The position numbers and the translations under genes are program-made. Below the pieces are notes generated by a model, which saw only the letters and a list, made by a program, of their open reading frames with translations, was not told where the DNA came from and made no database searches. Shown here piece after piece: positions 9,235-18,636 of a DNA stretch of 64,000 bases. Positions within the stretch are counted from its first letter, which is position 1, and each line of letters opens with the position of its first letter. The stretch comes from Dehalococcoidia bacterium. GTDB lineage: Bacteria; Chloroflexota; Dehalococcoidia; Bin125. Location: positions 1,706,576-1,770,575 of the forward strand of contig OZ242037.1 in assembly GCA_965205165.1 (NCBI GenBank). Reading direction: 5' to 3'.

Positions 9235-10486
9235 CAGGACCACATTCGTGGAGACAGCCCTCCCTCTTCACGATTATCAACGACAGGTTCTGCATGACCT
9301 GCTGGTCGCAGTCTTGCCATCCCGGACATCAGGGAGGGGCGGACGCGCCGTTGCCCACATGCCGACCGGAGCAGGGAAAACTCGAATGGCTTGCCATGCC
9401 GCTGCGACGATCCTGAATCAGTGGCCAGCTGAGGGAAAGGTCGTTGTCTGGCTCGCATCATCTGAAGAGCTCTGCGAACAGGCGGCCGATTCGCTGCTGG
9501 AAGCGTGGCGAAGCATCGGTAATCGCGGTATTGCCCTCCATCGGTTCTGGGGTTCCGATGTCGCGCCACTGGAAGATATCTCCGAAGGGTTTCTCGTTGC
9601 CGGGCTTCCCAAATTGAGGGCTGCCGCTAGCCGTAAGCAAGGTCTACTTGCTCCCCTCGCCCAGAACGTTGCTGGTATATTCTTTGATGAAGCGCATCAA
9701 GCGATCGCTCCTACCTATTCGTTGATAACGGAGCAACTTGCGACATACAGTCCGCCACTGATCGGTCTTACGGCTACGCCCGGTCGCACCTATGAAGTCA
9801 AGGAAGAAGACGAGCGTCTAGCCGATATGTTTCATCATAGGAAAGTCGCAATCAATCCACGTGGTCACGAGAACGCGCTCACGTATCTTATTCGGAATCA
9901 GTATCTTGCGGAACCAGATTTTCACATCATGCAAGTTGATTCATCGATCGATCTTGATGAACCATCAGTAGATGCCGAGTACCGCACCGATGGTCTCCGT
10001 TCACTGGGGCGAGACGAGGCTTGGAGAGCGGCGGTTGCATCGGTCACACGTGACGCACTATCACGGCACCGGCGGGTGATTGCATTCTGTCCCTCTGTGT
10101 CTTGCGCGATCAACGTTGCCGAGACACTCAAATCGGAGTCGCTAAATGCTGATGCTATTACTGGCGAAACGCCAACTGAGGACCGCATAGATACTATAGA
10201 TCGTTTCCGCAGCGACTCTCGGATTCCGATGGCGCTGATAAATTTTGGAGTACTCACAACTGGCTTTGACGCCCCACAGACAAGCTGCGTCATCGTTGCT
10301 CGCCCGACTAATTCTTTAGTACTATATTCGCAGATGGTAGGACGCGCAATGCGTGGTCCTCGCTCAGGAGGAAATAGAGACTGCACAATCTATTCACTGA
10401 TCGGTCCAAGCCACGTCGCTTTCGATTCGGTCATCCACGAGTTCGAGCATTGGGAAGAACTATGGCAGACCGAGCAGAACAACTGA
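9227..10486 (+). CDS. Superfamily-2 DEAD/DEAH-box helicase (type III restriction Res-like minimal helicase)
   Basis: Motif I is 'AHMPTGAGKT', motif II 'FFDEAHQ', motif III 'LTATPGR' and motif VI 'QMVGRAMRG'. The start overlaps the upstream stop. The start codon is uncertain and may be the GTG at 9227. Confidence 0.8.
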   Translation: MSDRTTFVETALPLHDYQRQVLHDLLVAVLPSRTSGRGGRAVAHMPTGAGKTRMACHAAATILNQWPAEGKVVVWLASSEELCEQAADSLLEAWRSIGNRGIALHRFWGSDVAPLEDISEGFLVAGLPKLRAAASRKQGLLAPLAQNVAGIFFDEAHQAIAPTYSLITEQLATYSPPLIGLTATPGRTYEVKEEDERLADMFHHRKVAINPRGHENALTYLIRNQYLAEPDFHIMQVDSSIDLDEPSVDAEYRTDGLRSLGRDEAWRAAVASVTRDALSRHRRVIAFCPSVSCAINVAETLKSESLNADAITGETPTEDRIDTIDRFRSDSRIPMALINFGVLTTGFDAPQTSCVIVARPTNSLVLYSQMVGRAMRGPRSGGNRDCTIYSLIGPSHVAFDSVIHEFEHWEELWQTEQNN

Positions 10487-12288
10487 AACTTAATGAGCCA
10501 CTGTTTGACCCACAAGTGGCGATGCGTGCGATGCGCGACAGTAGATACCGGAGAGAATCTAACGCGATCGCTGAACTCATTGACAACTCTGTTGATGCGC
10601 GTGCGCGGCGTGTTGAGCTGCTGCTATTCGAAGAGCAGCGACAAGGCAACGTGAATGATGTATGGCGAGTGGGCCAACTCGCAGTGGTTGACGATGGCCT
10701 CGGCATGGATCCGCGCACGCTCCAGCAGGCGCTCCGGTTCGGTGGAAGATCAGACGACGGACGGATCCACCGCATTGGAAAATACGGCGTCGGGTTGCCG
10801 ACAGCATCGGCGTCACAATGCCTTCGCGTTGATATTTGGACATGGCAAGAGCCGACAGAACAGCCGTGGCATTGTTTTTTGGATATTGGTGCTATTGAGC
10901 GAGGTGAAGTCAGTTCCATAGCGCCTGCAGAGCGTCACCCCTTGGATGAGAGAGTGCGCCGATTCGTGACAAGCCAAGGCTTGCGGAGTAATAGTGGCAC
11001 GGTGGTGCTGTGGAGTGACATAGATCGCATCAAGGCGCGACCAGAAACCATCTTTGGACGCCTTGAGCGTGAAATTGGCCGAATCCACCGACACCGGATT
11101 AGCGATGGCCGACTGACGATACACGCCCGTGCGATTAGAGACGGAGTTGTTCGACCAGAGACCGACAGATCACTTCGCCCAAACGATCCATTGTTTTTGA
11201 TGGAGGATACTGCCACAGCGCCACCTTGGGATCACGAGCCGATGTTTAAGCCATATGGTGAATCTATGCGCTACACTGTAGATGTCGATGGCCGAATGGA
11301 GCATGTAGAAGTTCGATACTCAATGGTGAAACGAGAAGCAATCGGTAATGATCCGACACAGCCTGGACGGCGGCCACATGGTAAAGATGCCATGGAGAAT
11401 GCGGGCGTCTCCATTGTTCGAGAGGAGCGAGAGCTGTTACTTGATCGCTCGTTCGTCGGCGCGGGGGCACGACGCGATGAACCTCAGCATCGATGGTGGG
11501 GTTGCGAGGTCAGGTTCGATTCAGGATGTGACGATCTGTTCGGAGTTGATCACAATAAGCAGATGGCATCAGCGTTTTCCGATTTGGCGGAAGAGATGGC
11601 AAGGAGTGATGATGCAGATTATGTGTTGAGGGAACAACTCAAGGAAGATCATCAACTCTATGAGATCGTTGAAGATATCAGAAGCACTATTCGTGCAATG
11701 CGTGGAGAAATCAATCAAATGTTTGGGCAGAGGCGTGCAGCTTTGCAAAGATCTAAGACTATATCGCCAGAGAAAGAGGCAGAACGTCGGGCCTCGCTCG
11801 CCGTAGCCGATCAACTAGAATCAGGAGCCACACTTACACAGACTGACAGAATGCGAGAACAGACGAGTCCAGAAGTGCGCATAGCACGGTTCGCAAGTTT
11901 CCTGCAGGATCGTGGAGTTGCTGACCCCGAGGATAGTGCTCGTGAGCATGTGGAAGAGAATATTTGGTTTCGGTTCCGATCCGCCGAACTGAGCGGATCT
12001 CAGATATTCATGGTTGAGCGAAGTGAAGGTATCTTGGTCGTAGTCCTCAATGTGCATCACCCGATTCATAAGTTCATCCAATTTCTCGAGCAACGAGAAG
12101 ATAATCAAATGGCCCACCAGTCAGCCGTGGCTATTCTAACACTGATTTTGGCATGGGCCCGCATGGAAGATCATATCGAACGAACCGACGATCGCCGTGA
12201 ATTGCAAAACATCGCTATAGAGTGGGGCAAGCAAGTGGAAAGAATATTGGCGCAACTGGTGACAGAGCTCAGTGCAGGAGACTTATAG
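10450..12288 (+). CDS. GHKL-superfamily ATPase (MORC/MutL-like, HATPase_c)
   Basis: The N-box 'AIAELIDNSVDA' and the G1 box 'VVDDGLGMD' match the Bergerat ATPase fold. The gene overlaps the helicase 3' end. Confidence 0.75.
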   Translation: MGRTMADRAEQLKLNEPLFDPQVAMRAMRDSRYRRESNAIAELIDNSVDARARRVELLLFEEQRQGNVNDVWRVGQLAVVDDGLGMDPRTLQQALRFGGRSDDGRIHRIGKYGVGLPTASASQCLRVDIWTWQEPTEQPWHCFLDIGAIERGEVSSIAPAERHPLDERVRRFVTSQGLRSNSGTVVLWSDIDRIKARPETIFGRLEREIGRIHRHRISDGRLTIHARAIRDGVVRPETDRSLRPNDPLFLMEDTATAPPWDHEPMFKPYGESMRYTVDVDGRMEHVEVRYSMVKREAIGNDPTQPGRRPHGKDAMENAGVSIVREERELLLDRSFVGAGARRDEPQHRWWGCEVRFDSGCDDLFGVDHNKQMASAFSDLAEEMARSDDADYVLREQLKEDHQLYEIVEDIRSTIRAMRGEINQMFGQRRAALQRSKTISPEKEAERRASLAVADQLESGATLTQTDRMREQTSPEVRIARFASFLQDRGVADPEDSAREHVEENIWFRFRSAELSGSQIFMVERSEGILVVVLNVHHPIHKFIQFLEQREDNQMAHQSAVAILTLILAWARMEDHIERTDDRRELQNIAIEWGKQVERILAQLVTELSAGDL

Positions 12289-13113
12289 ATGCGTGCTGTT
12301 GATATTCTGAGTGAACATGCAGCATCTGCCGACGCGGCAGTAATTGTGGCACCGTATATAAAAGAAGACGCACTGAAACCTCTCCTTGAAAAATTACCTC
12401 CTGCCGCGACATTGCTTTGTGTCTCTAGATGGACCGTGGAAGATGTACGTCGTGGCGTATCTGATATTACCTGTTTCAGGCAAGTGATAGACCATGGCGG
12501 TACGTTCCGGCTACATCAGCGCCTACATGCAAAATATTTCCGATTCAGTGATGCTGTATTTATTGGCTCGGCAAATGTAACGCAGAATGGATTAGGCATA
12601 TCGCTTTCACCAAACATCGAGATTCTCCATTCACCGAGTCAGTCTTTTGATGCGCAAAGGTTCGAAGATGAGATAATTGCCGAATCGATTGCAATAAATG
12701 AGAATGAAGCCAAGCTTTGGCAAAAGATACAACAGACGAATCAGCTGGATAATGAGTTATTGCAAGAAGCAATGGCGATGGATACTTGGCTGCCAACGAC
12801 AAGAGAACCATATCATGTGTGGCTGGCATACAGTAGACGAAGTGGTGAAATCATATCGGCAGATGAACGAAGACTCGCGGAACGAGAGTTGGAAAGACTA
12901 AGATTCCCTGAAAACTTAGAAGAAGCTGATTTTAATTCATGGCTCGCAGCTCGTCTATTGAGCTCAGCACGAGTATATGATGTCAGGCTTTCGTTGCAGT
13001 TGGAGGATGCAGTTGGTTGGGATCTCTTGGTCGCGAGATGGGGGGTGAGCCGGAGTGTGGCGGCCCGGACCCAGACGACGGTTGCGAACTGGTTGCGGGA
13101 GATGGTGGGGTGA
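12289..13113 (+). CDS. Phospholipase-D-family (HKD) nuclease, single HKD motif (Nuc/BfiI-like)
   Basis: The motif 'HAKYFRFSDAVFIGSANVTQNGL' is H-x-K-x4-D-x6-GSxN. The ATG starts immediately after the upstream stop. Confidence 0.75.
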   Translation: MRAVDILSEHAASADAAVIVAPYIKEDALKPLLEKLPPAATLLCVSRWTVEDVRRGVSDITCFRQVIDHGGTFRLHQRLHAKYFRFSDAVFIGSANVTQNGLGISLSPNIEILHSPSQSFDAQRFEDEIIAESIAINENEAKLWQKIQQTNQLDNELLQEAMAMDTWLPTTREPYHVWLAYSRRSGEIISADERRLAERELERLRFPENLEEADFNSWLAARLLSSARVYDVRLSLQLEDAVGWDLLVARWGVSRSVAARTQTTVANWLREMVG

Positions 13114-13174
13114 ACCGTTAGTCATTGATGGAGATTCTGCCGCCGGAGTTCGACCGCTGGAAGACCTGATCGGG

Positions 13175-13192
13175 AGGCGCTATCCTGCGGGT
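13175..13192 (+). promoter_or_regulatory. Recurrent promoter-like motif GCGCTATCCTGCGG (approximate coordinates) ~25-30 nt upstream of the LLM oxidoreductase start
   Basis: The same 12-14-mer containing a TANNNT-type -10 hexamer (TATCCT) recurs upstream of at least four other genes in the window. It is followed by GAGGAGG and an ATG. Confidence 0.45.
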
Positions 13193-13213
13193 CTGCGCTG
13201 AGGAGGTGTCGCC

Positions 13214-14347
13214 ATGCCTGTCGAGTTCATCGGGATGATCGGGGTCAAGCCGTCGGAGCGGGATGCGGCGACGAGCATCATCGGAGGCGGCGTCGACCGC
13301 GACTACCTCTGCGAGTTCACCCGCGCCCACGAGGAGTCGGACTTCGACCAGGTGCTGGTCGGCTACACCTCGGCCGCGGCCGACGGGCTGCACGTGGCGC
13401 AGGCCGCCGCCGCCTGCTCGGAGCGGATCAAGTTCCTGATCGCCCACCGGCCCGGCTTCGTCGCGCCGACCCTCGCCGCCCGCAAGTTCGCCACGCTCGA
13501 CTACTTCACCGGCGGCCGCATCTCCGTCCACATCATCTCCGGCGGCAGCGACCCCGAACAGCGCCGCGACGGCGACTACCGCGACCACGACGCCCGCTAC
13601 CGCCGCACCGGCGAGTACCTCGACGTGATGCGGCGCGTGCTGCGCGGCGAGACCCCGTTCGACTTCCACGGCGAGTTCTACGACTTCGAGGCGTCCAACT
13701 CCGACGTCGCGCCCGTGCAGCCCGGCGGCATCCCGATCTTCTTCGGCGGCGCCTCCGAGATCGCCTTCCGGATCGGCGTCAAGCACTGCGACGTCTACAT
13801 GATGTGGGGCGAGCCGCGCGCCTCGATCGCGGCCACCATCGCCGACGTGCGCGCGCTGGCCGCGGAATACGGGCGCGAGCCCCGCTTCAGCGTCTCCTTC
13901 CGCCCGATCATCGCGCCCACCGAGGCCGCGGCCTGGGAGAAGGCCGAGCGCTACCTGAAGACGGTCAAGGACCTGCGCGCCGGCCCGCTCGGCTCCCGCT
14001 CGGAGTCCCGCGGCTCGCAGCGCCTGCTCGAATTCGCCGCCCAGGGCGAGCTGCACGACGAGCGCCTCTGGATGCCGATCGCCGCCGCCACCGGCGCGAC
14101 CGGCAACACCACCGCGCTGGTCGGCACCCCCGAGCAGGTCGCCGACTCGCTGCTCAAGTACATCGACCTGGGCGTCTCGACGATCCTCATCCGCGGCTTC
14201 AACCCGCTGCCCGACGCCCGCGACTACGGCGAGGAGCTGATCCCGCTCGTGCGCGCCGAAGTGGCCAAGCGCGACGCCGAAGCGGCGCGGCAATCGTCCG
14301 CCGCCGCCGAGCGGGAAGCGGCCGAAGCGGTCGCGGTGGCTGACTGA
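13214..14347 (+). CDS. LLM-class flavin/F420-dependent oxidoreductase (luciferase-like monooxygenase)
   Basis: The 377-aa product shows a TIM-barrel LLM signature in 'RISVHIISGGSDPEQRRDGDY...GVSTILIRGF'. Confidence 0.85.
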   Translation: MPVEFIGMIGVKPSERDAATSIIGGGVDRDYLCEFTRAHEESDFDQVLVGYTSAAADGLHVAQAAAACSERIKFLIAHRPGFVAPTLAARKFATLDYFTGGRISVHIISGGSDPEQRRDGDYRDHDARYRRTGEYLDVMRRVLRGETPFDFHGEFYDFEASNSDVAPVQPGGIPIFFGGASEIAFRIGVKHCDVYMMWGEPRASIAATIADVRALAAEYGREPRFSVSFRPIIAPTEAAAWEKAERYLKTVKDLRAGPLGSRSESRGSQRLLEFAAQGELHDERLWMPIAAATGATGNTTALVGTPEQVADSLLKYIDLGVSTILIRGFNPLPDARDYGEELIPLVRAEVAKRDAEAARQSSAAAEREAAEAVAVAD

Positions 14348-15540
14348 TGGCGGCCGACGGCGCGACGCTCGCGCGCGAGGCCGAACGGCGCATCCGCGCC
14401 TACGAGCGGCTCGGCATCCACCGCACCGGCTGGGGCGCCGACGACGCGGCCGCGCACTGGCTGGTGGAAGAACTGGCCGCCATCGGCATCGAAGGCCGGG
14501 TCGAGCAGTTCGATTTCCCGCAGCTGCACATCCGCCGCGCCGAACTGCGGATCGGCGACCGCGCCGTCCCCGGCGTCCCGCTCTACGACTGCGGGACGAC
14601 TGGACGCGAGGGCGTCTCCGCCCCGCTGATCGCCGCGCCCGACGGAGTGCTCGCCGGCCCGGGCCCGGCAATCGCGGTCTGGGAGCTGCCGGACGCCGAC
14701 ACGCGGCGGCTGACCCCCGCGGTCTACGAAACGCTGGAATCGCTGGCCGCGGCCGGCGCAATCGGCGTGCTGATGGTCATGGGCGACGAACACGGCGATC
14801 CCGTCCTGCGCAACGCCGAGCGCCCCGACGACCCGCTCCCCCTGCCCGTCCTGCAAGTCGCCCCCAAGGACATCGGCGAAGGCTTGGCCGGCGAAGCGAC
14901 GCTCGTGATCGACGCCGAGCGGCGGCCGGGCACGGCGCTCAACGTCGCCGCGGAGATCGCCGGGGCGAACCCGTCGCTCGCGCCGGTGGTGCTGATGACG
15001 CCCAAGAGCGGCTGGTACACCTGCGCGGCCGAGCGCGGCGGCGGCCTCGCCGTCTGGCTCGCCGTCGCCGAGGCAATCGCAAAGCAGCCCGGCGAGCGGA
15101 CCCTGAGCCTGATCGCCAGCAGCGGCCACGAACTCCACCACTACGGCCTCGACGCCTGGCTAGACGGCCCGCCCGGCGTGCCGGCGCAGGACGCGCACGT
15201 CTGGATCCACCTGGGCGCGAGCATCGGCGCCAAGCGCGGCATCGGCCGCATCGGCGCTGCCGACGAAGAGCTGATGGCGCTGGCCAAGCAAGCGCTGGCC
15301 GAACACGGCATAGATCGGGACCCGATGGCCGTCGGCTTCTCCGGCTACGGCGAAGCCCGCAACATCGCCGAGCGCGGCGGCCGCTACATCAGCCTCTTGG
15401 GCGGCCACCCCTACTTCCACAGCCCCAACGATGTCTTCGAGCAGGCGGTGGACATCGAGTCGCTGGTCGCGCACGCAATTGCGTGGCGCTCGCTGGTTGC
15501 CGAGCTCGCGCAATCTGCCGATGCTGGCGCGACGGGGTAA
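14347..15540 (+). CDS. Hypothetical protein (possibly peptidase-like)
   Basis: A 397-aa ORF with strong GC3 codon bias. Its ATG overlaps the upstream stop as TGATG. No confident family was recognised. Confidence 0.5.
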   Translation: MAADGATLAREAERRIRAYERLGIHRTGWGADDAAAHWLVEELAAIGIEGRVEQFDFPQLHIRRAELRIGDRAVPGVPLYDCGTTGREGVSAPLIAAPDGVLAGPGPAIAVWELPDADTRRLTPAVYETLESLAAAGAIGVLMVMGDEHGDPVLRNAERPDDPLPLPVLQVAPKDIGEGLAGEATLVIDAERRPGTALNVAAEIAGANPSLAPVVLMTPKSGWYTCAAERGGGLAVWLAVAEAIAKQPGERTLSLIASSGHELHHYGLDAWLDGPPGVPAQDAHVWIHLGASIGAKRGIGRIGAADEELMALAKQALAEHGIDRDPMAVGFSGYGEARNIAERGGRYISLLGGHPYFHSPNDVFEQAVDIESLVAHAIAWRSLVAELAQSADAGATG

Positions 15541-15551
15541 CGGAGCCGGCC

Positions 15552-17207
15552 ATGGCCGATTTCAACGCGGTCAACCGCGGTGTTTATGTGGCCGACAATC
15601 TGGAATTCCTGCGGCGCTTGAATGACGAGTGCATCGACTTGGCCTGCATCGATCCGCCGTTCTCGAAGGGCGACACGTTCGAGGGCGATCAGCTCAAACC
15701 CGATCTGTCCGACCACGAGCGCGAAGTAGAGCTGCGCCTGCTCCGAGGTTGGGGAATCCACGACGAGAACGACGCAAGCGACGCCGGCATCGCCTGGCCC
15801 GCGACGACGGCCGCCGGCTTCAAGGATGTCTGGTCGTGGGAACAGGATATCCATGAGGATTGGATCAAGGACTTGGCCGAGAACCACGCGCCGACGAGCG
15901 ATTTGATCGAGACGACGCGACTCATCCACGACGATCACATCGCGGCGTACCTCTGCTACATGGCGGTTCGACTAATCGAGATCCACCGCGTGCTCAAGCC
16001 CACCGGCAGCCTGTTCCTGCACTGCGACCACACGGCCAATGGCTACCTGCGCCAGCTGCTCGACAGCGTGTTCGGCAAAGACCAAATGCAGAATGAGATC
16101 ATCTGGTGCTATGCCCCCGCCGGCCGCCCGCCGAAGCGCGGCTTCCACCGCAAGCACGACACGATTTTCTACTACCGCAAGGCGAATGCGGGCTCGTTCA
16201 ATCATCAATACGGCCCGATGTCGCCGGAGACCTTGGCGACCTACTCGGAAACGGATGAAGAGGGCAGGCAATATAAGATCGCGCAGGGCGGGCGCCGAAC
16301 CTATCTCGATCAACAGCGCGGACGGCCGATCCCGTCGTGGTGGGATGACATTCCGTCATTCGGAACTGCAACGAATGCGCCGGAGCGCACGGGCTACCGC
16401 ACCCAGAAGCCGATCGCCCTCGCCGAACGCATCATCAGCGCCAGCACGAACGAGGGCGATGTCGTGCTTGACTGCTTCGCCGGCTGCGCATCCTCCGCGA
16501 TTGCCGCGGAGCGCTTGGACCGCAGATGGGTAGCCTGCGACCTGAACCCAAGAGCATGGACGGTGTTCAAGCGGCAATTCAGCAAGCCGAAGCTGGCGCT
16601 GTTGAGGTGCAGCGACGAAGTCTCCGGCCAAGCAGTATGGGGCGACGAGCCAGTCGTGACGGTGCACGGTCCCGGAAATCTGCCCGCTCGCACCTCGCAA
16701 GCCCAAGAGCAGCAGCCCGAGAAACGCGAACCGCACGAGCGTAAATTCAAGGTCCCCTCAAGCATCATCCCCGAAGAAGAGATGAAGGAAAAACTGCTGG
16801 AGTTCTCCGGCTACAAAGCGTGGTGCTGCGGTTTCGCCAACCGCCTGCCGGACGGCACGATCATCAAGACCACGCGCAACTTCCACTTGGATCACATCCT
16901 CCCCCGCTCGGAAGGCGGCTCCCATCAGATCATGAATCGTGCGCCAATGTGCCCATCACACAATCTCCGCAAGAGCACCCGTTCCGTGAATCTCGTTGAA
17001 TACCAGCGCGAGATCGCAGCCGCAGGCGAGCTCTGCGTCGAATCAATTGAGGAGCTCGTTGACCTACCGGAAGCCTATGAGTACGCACTAAAACTCTATG
17101 GCCAAGCCTATCAAGCTGATCAAAGAGTTAAGATTATGAAAACGAGCGTCTCAGTCTACCAGCAAACCACACTCAATCCCAATCGCCTAAGTGAGGTTAA
17201 CCGATGA
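15552..17207 (+). CDS. DNA methyltransferase (beta-class N6-adenine/N4-cytosine) fused to a C-terminal HNH endonuclease domain
   Basis: 'IDLACIDPPFSKGD' is motif IV (DPPY-type) near the N-terminus, and 'VVLDCFAGCASSAIAA' is the later AdoMet motif I. The C-terminal 'FHLDHILPRSEGGSHQIMNRAPMCPSHN' is an HNH motif. Confidence 0.8.
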   Translation: MADFNAVNRGVYVADNLEFLRRLNDECIDLACIDPPFSKGDTFEGDQLKPDLSDHEREVELRLLRGWGIHDENDASDAGIAWPATTAAGFKDVWSWEQDIHEDWIKDLAENHAPTSDLIETTRLIHDDHIAAYLCYMAVRLIEIHRVLKPTGSLFLHCDHTANGYLRQLLDSVFGKDQMQNEIIWCYAPAGRPPKRGFHRKHDTIFYYRKANAGSFNHQYGPMSPETLATYSETDEEGRQYKIAQGGRRTYLDQQRGRPIPSWWDDIPSFGTATNAPERTGYRTQKPIALAERIISASTNEGDVVLDCFAGCASSAIAAERLDRRWVACDLNPRAWTVFKRQFSKPKLALLRCSDEVSGQAVWGDEPVVTVHGPGNLPARTSQAQEQQPEKREPHERKFKVPSSIIPEEEMKEKLLEFSGYKAWCCGFANRLPDGTIIKTTRNFHLDHILPRSEGGSHQIMNRAPMCPSHNLRKSTRSVNLVEYQREIAAAGELCVESIEELVDLPEAYEYALKLYGQAYQADQRVKIMKTSVSVYQQTTLNPNRLSEVNR

Positions 17208-18517
17208 CTGAATCATCGTACTATGGGCTGTTTTGGCCAACATCCCAATCACGCCACCGCCACGCTGTGCCAGGACAGCTCAAAGTCGCGCCAACGGGTA
17301 AGCTGTCGCTTACCCTGTTCTCGCCCCATTATGATGCACGACCTCCGTGGTTTATCCCTCTTCCCGGCGATCCTGTTGAGCGATCTGTGTCGGGTGAGAT
17401 CTCGGGCCTTGGCGCTATCACCATCTTCCGTTGCGTGACCGGATCGCACACTCTATCATTCGGTCTAGATCAAATTATTGTCGCTGAGATGCTCTGTGGC
17501 GACGGTGCCGTTACACGTGTCGCCGCAAACTGCCATACCAGTCTTCGATTAAAGAACTTTACCCTTCCCGTTCCAGAGCTTTCATTATGGCGAGGAATCC
17601 CGTGGGTTCGTCCTGATGAGCACCGCCCTAGAAACGAATATGGATTTACTGTTACTCTTCCGGAATCGATCCGTGCGCAAGTGCAGCGCAATGAGCATCT
17701 GACGATAGATTATAGATATGAGCCGCAAGGAGGCGGAGCCAGCGACGATCGATTCAGCATCCGGTGCACACCAGCTGTAACATTAGCAGCAGCACATGGG
17801 CTCGATATTGATTGTGCACTCCAACGAATCCATGCGATAAAGGCATTCTTCATATTTCTACTAGATTCCCCGATCACTGAATCGCACCTTCTCTGCACCA
17901 TTGAGCAGCTAGCTCTTCGCCCTTCTGTGTGGATGCGAGATTTGCAGCACAATCGATGCGAATTGCTATTGACGCCCTTTCAATATAATTATCGCGAACG
18001 CAAACGCAATCTCCATGATGTTCTGCTGTTCGAGTCGGAGATAGTCTCAAATTTCAGCCAGATGCTCGAGCAATGGCTTCAGGTTTATACGACCGCACCT
18101 GAAGCCATTGTTCAATTCTTGGATGCCGTTCACAGTGAAGATTATAGACTTAATATTAAGTTTCTATTGCTCACCCAAGCGTTTGATGCCCTGCATCGAA
18201 CTAAAACGAAAGAGCAAGACAAGGCTTTCCGCGTTCGTCTTAATGATTGCCTAGCATCCTATCCAAGTTTGTTCGGTGATCAGGCTGCGCGACTTGATCT
18301 CATCGATCAAATTGTTCACACCCGCAATCGATATACACATGGCAGCGAGCGTCGGCCTGAATTTGAAGCTGGCGACGCAGAATTGTTCCCTCTTGCCCGA
18401 AAGATGGAAGCGATCATCATGGTATATTTACTGGATTGGCTTCTTCCAGATAACCATCAGTGGCCAACGCTGATCAAACAACGTCGGCCGTTCAAGGCAC
18501 GCATTAATCCAACATAG
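17204..18517 (+). CDS. Hypothetical protein with a C-terminal HEPN-like R-x4-H motif (Abi/ApeA-like candidate)
   Basis: Its ATG overlaps the MTase stop as ATGA. The gene is low in GC. The C-terminal 'LIDQIVHTRNRYTHG' fits HEPN R-x4-6-H. No other family was recognised. Confidence 0.5.
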   Translation: MTESSYYGLFWPTSQSRHRHAVPGQLKVAPTGKLSLTLFSPHYDARPPWFIPLPGDPVERSVSGEISGLGAITIFRCVTGSHTLSFGLDQIIVAEMLCGDGAVTRVAANCHTSLRLKNFTLPVPELSLWRGIPWVRPDEHRPRNEYGFTVTLPESIRAQVQRNEHLTIDYRYEPQGGGASDDRFSIRCTPAVTLAAAHGLDIDCALQRIHAIKAFFIFLLDSPITESHLLCTIEQLALRPSVWMRDLQHNRCELLLTPFQYNYRERKRNLHDVLLFESEIVSNFSQMLEQWLQVYTTAPEAIVQFLDAVHSEDYRLNIKFLLLTQAFDALHRTKTKEQDKAFRVRLNDCLASYPSLFGDQAARLDLIDQIVHTRNRYTHGSERRPEFEAGDAELFPLARKMEAIIMVYLLDWLLPDNHQWPTLIKQRRPFKARINPT

Positions 18518-18636
18518 TCAATCTGTTTTAATGTGATGGGGCGTGATGAAACACTAATGATATAGATGGAACAGAGAATTCGCCGCTGCGACATGAGACG
18601 CGCTGAAATTGTCTATCTGGCTATTGGATGCAACCG

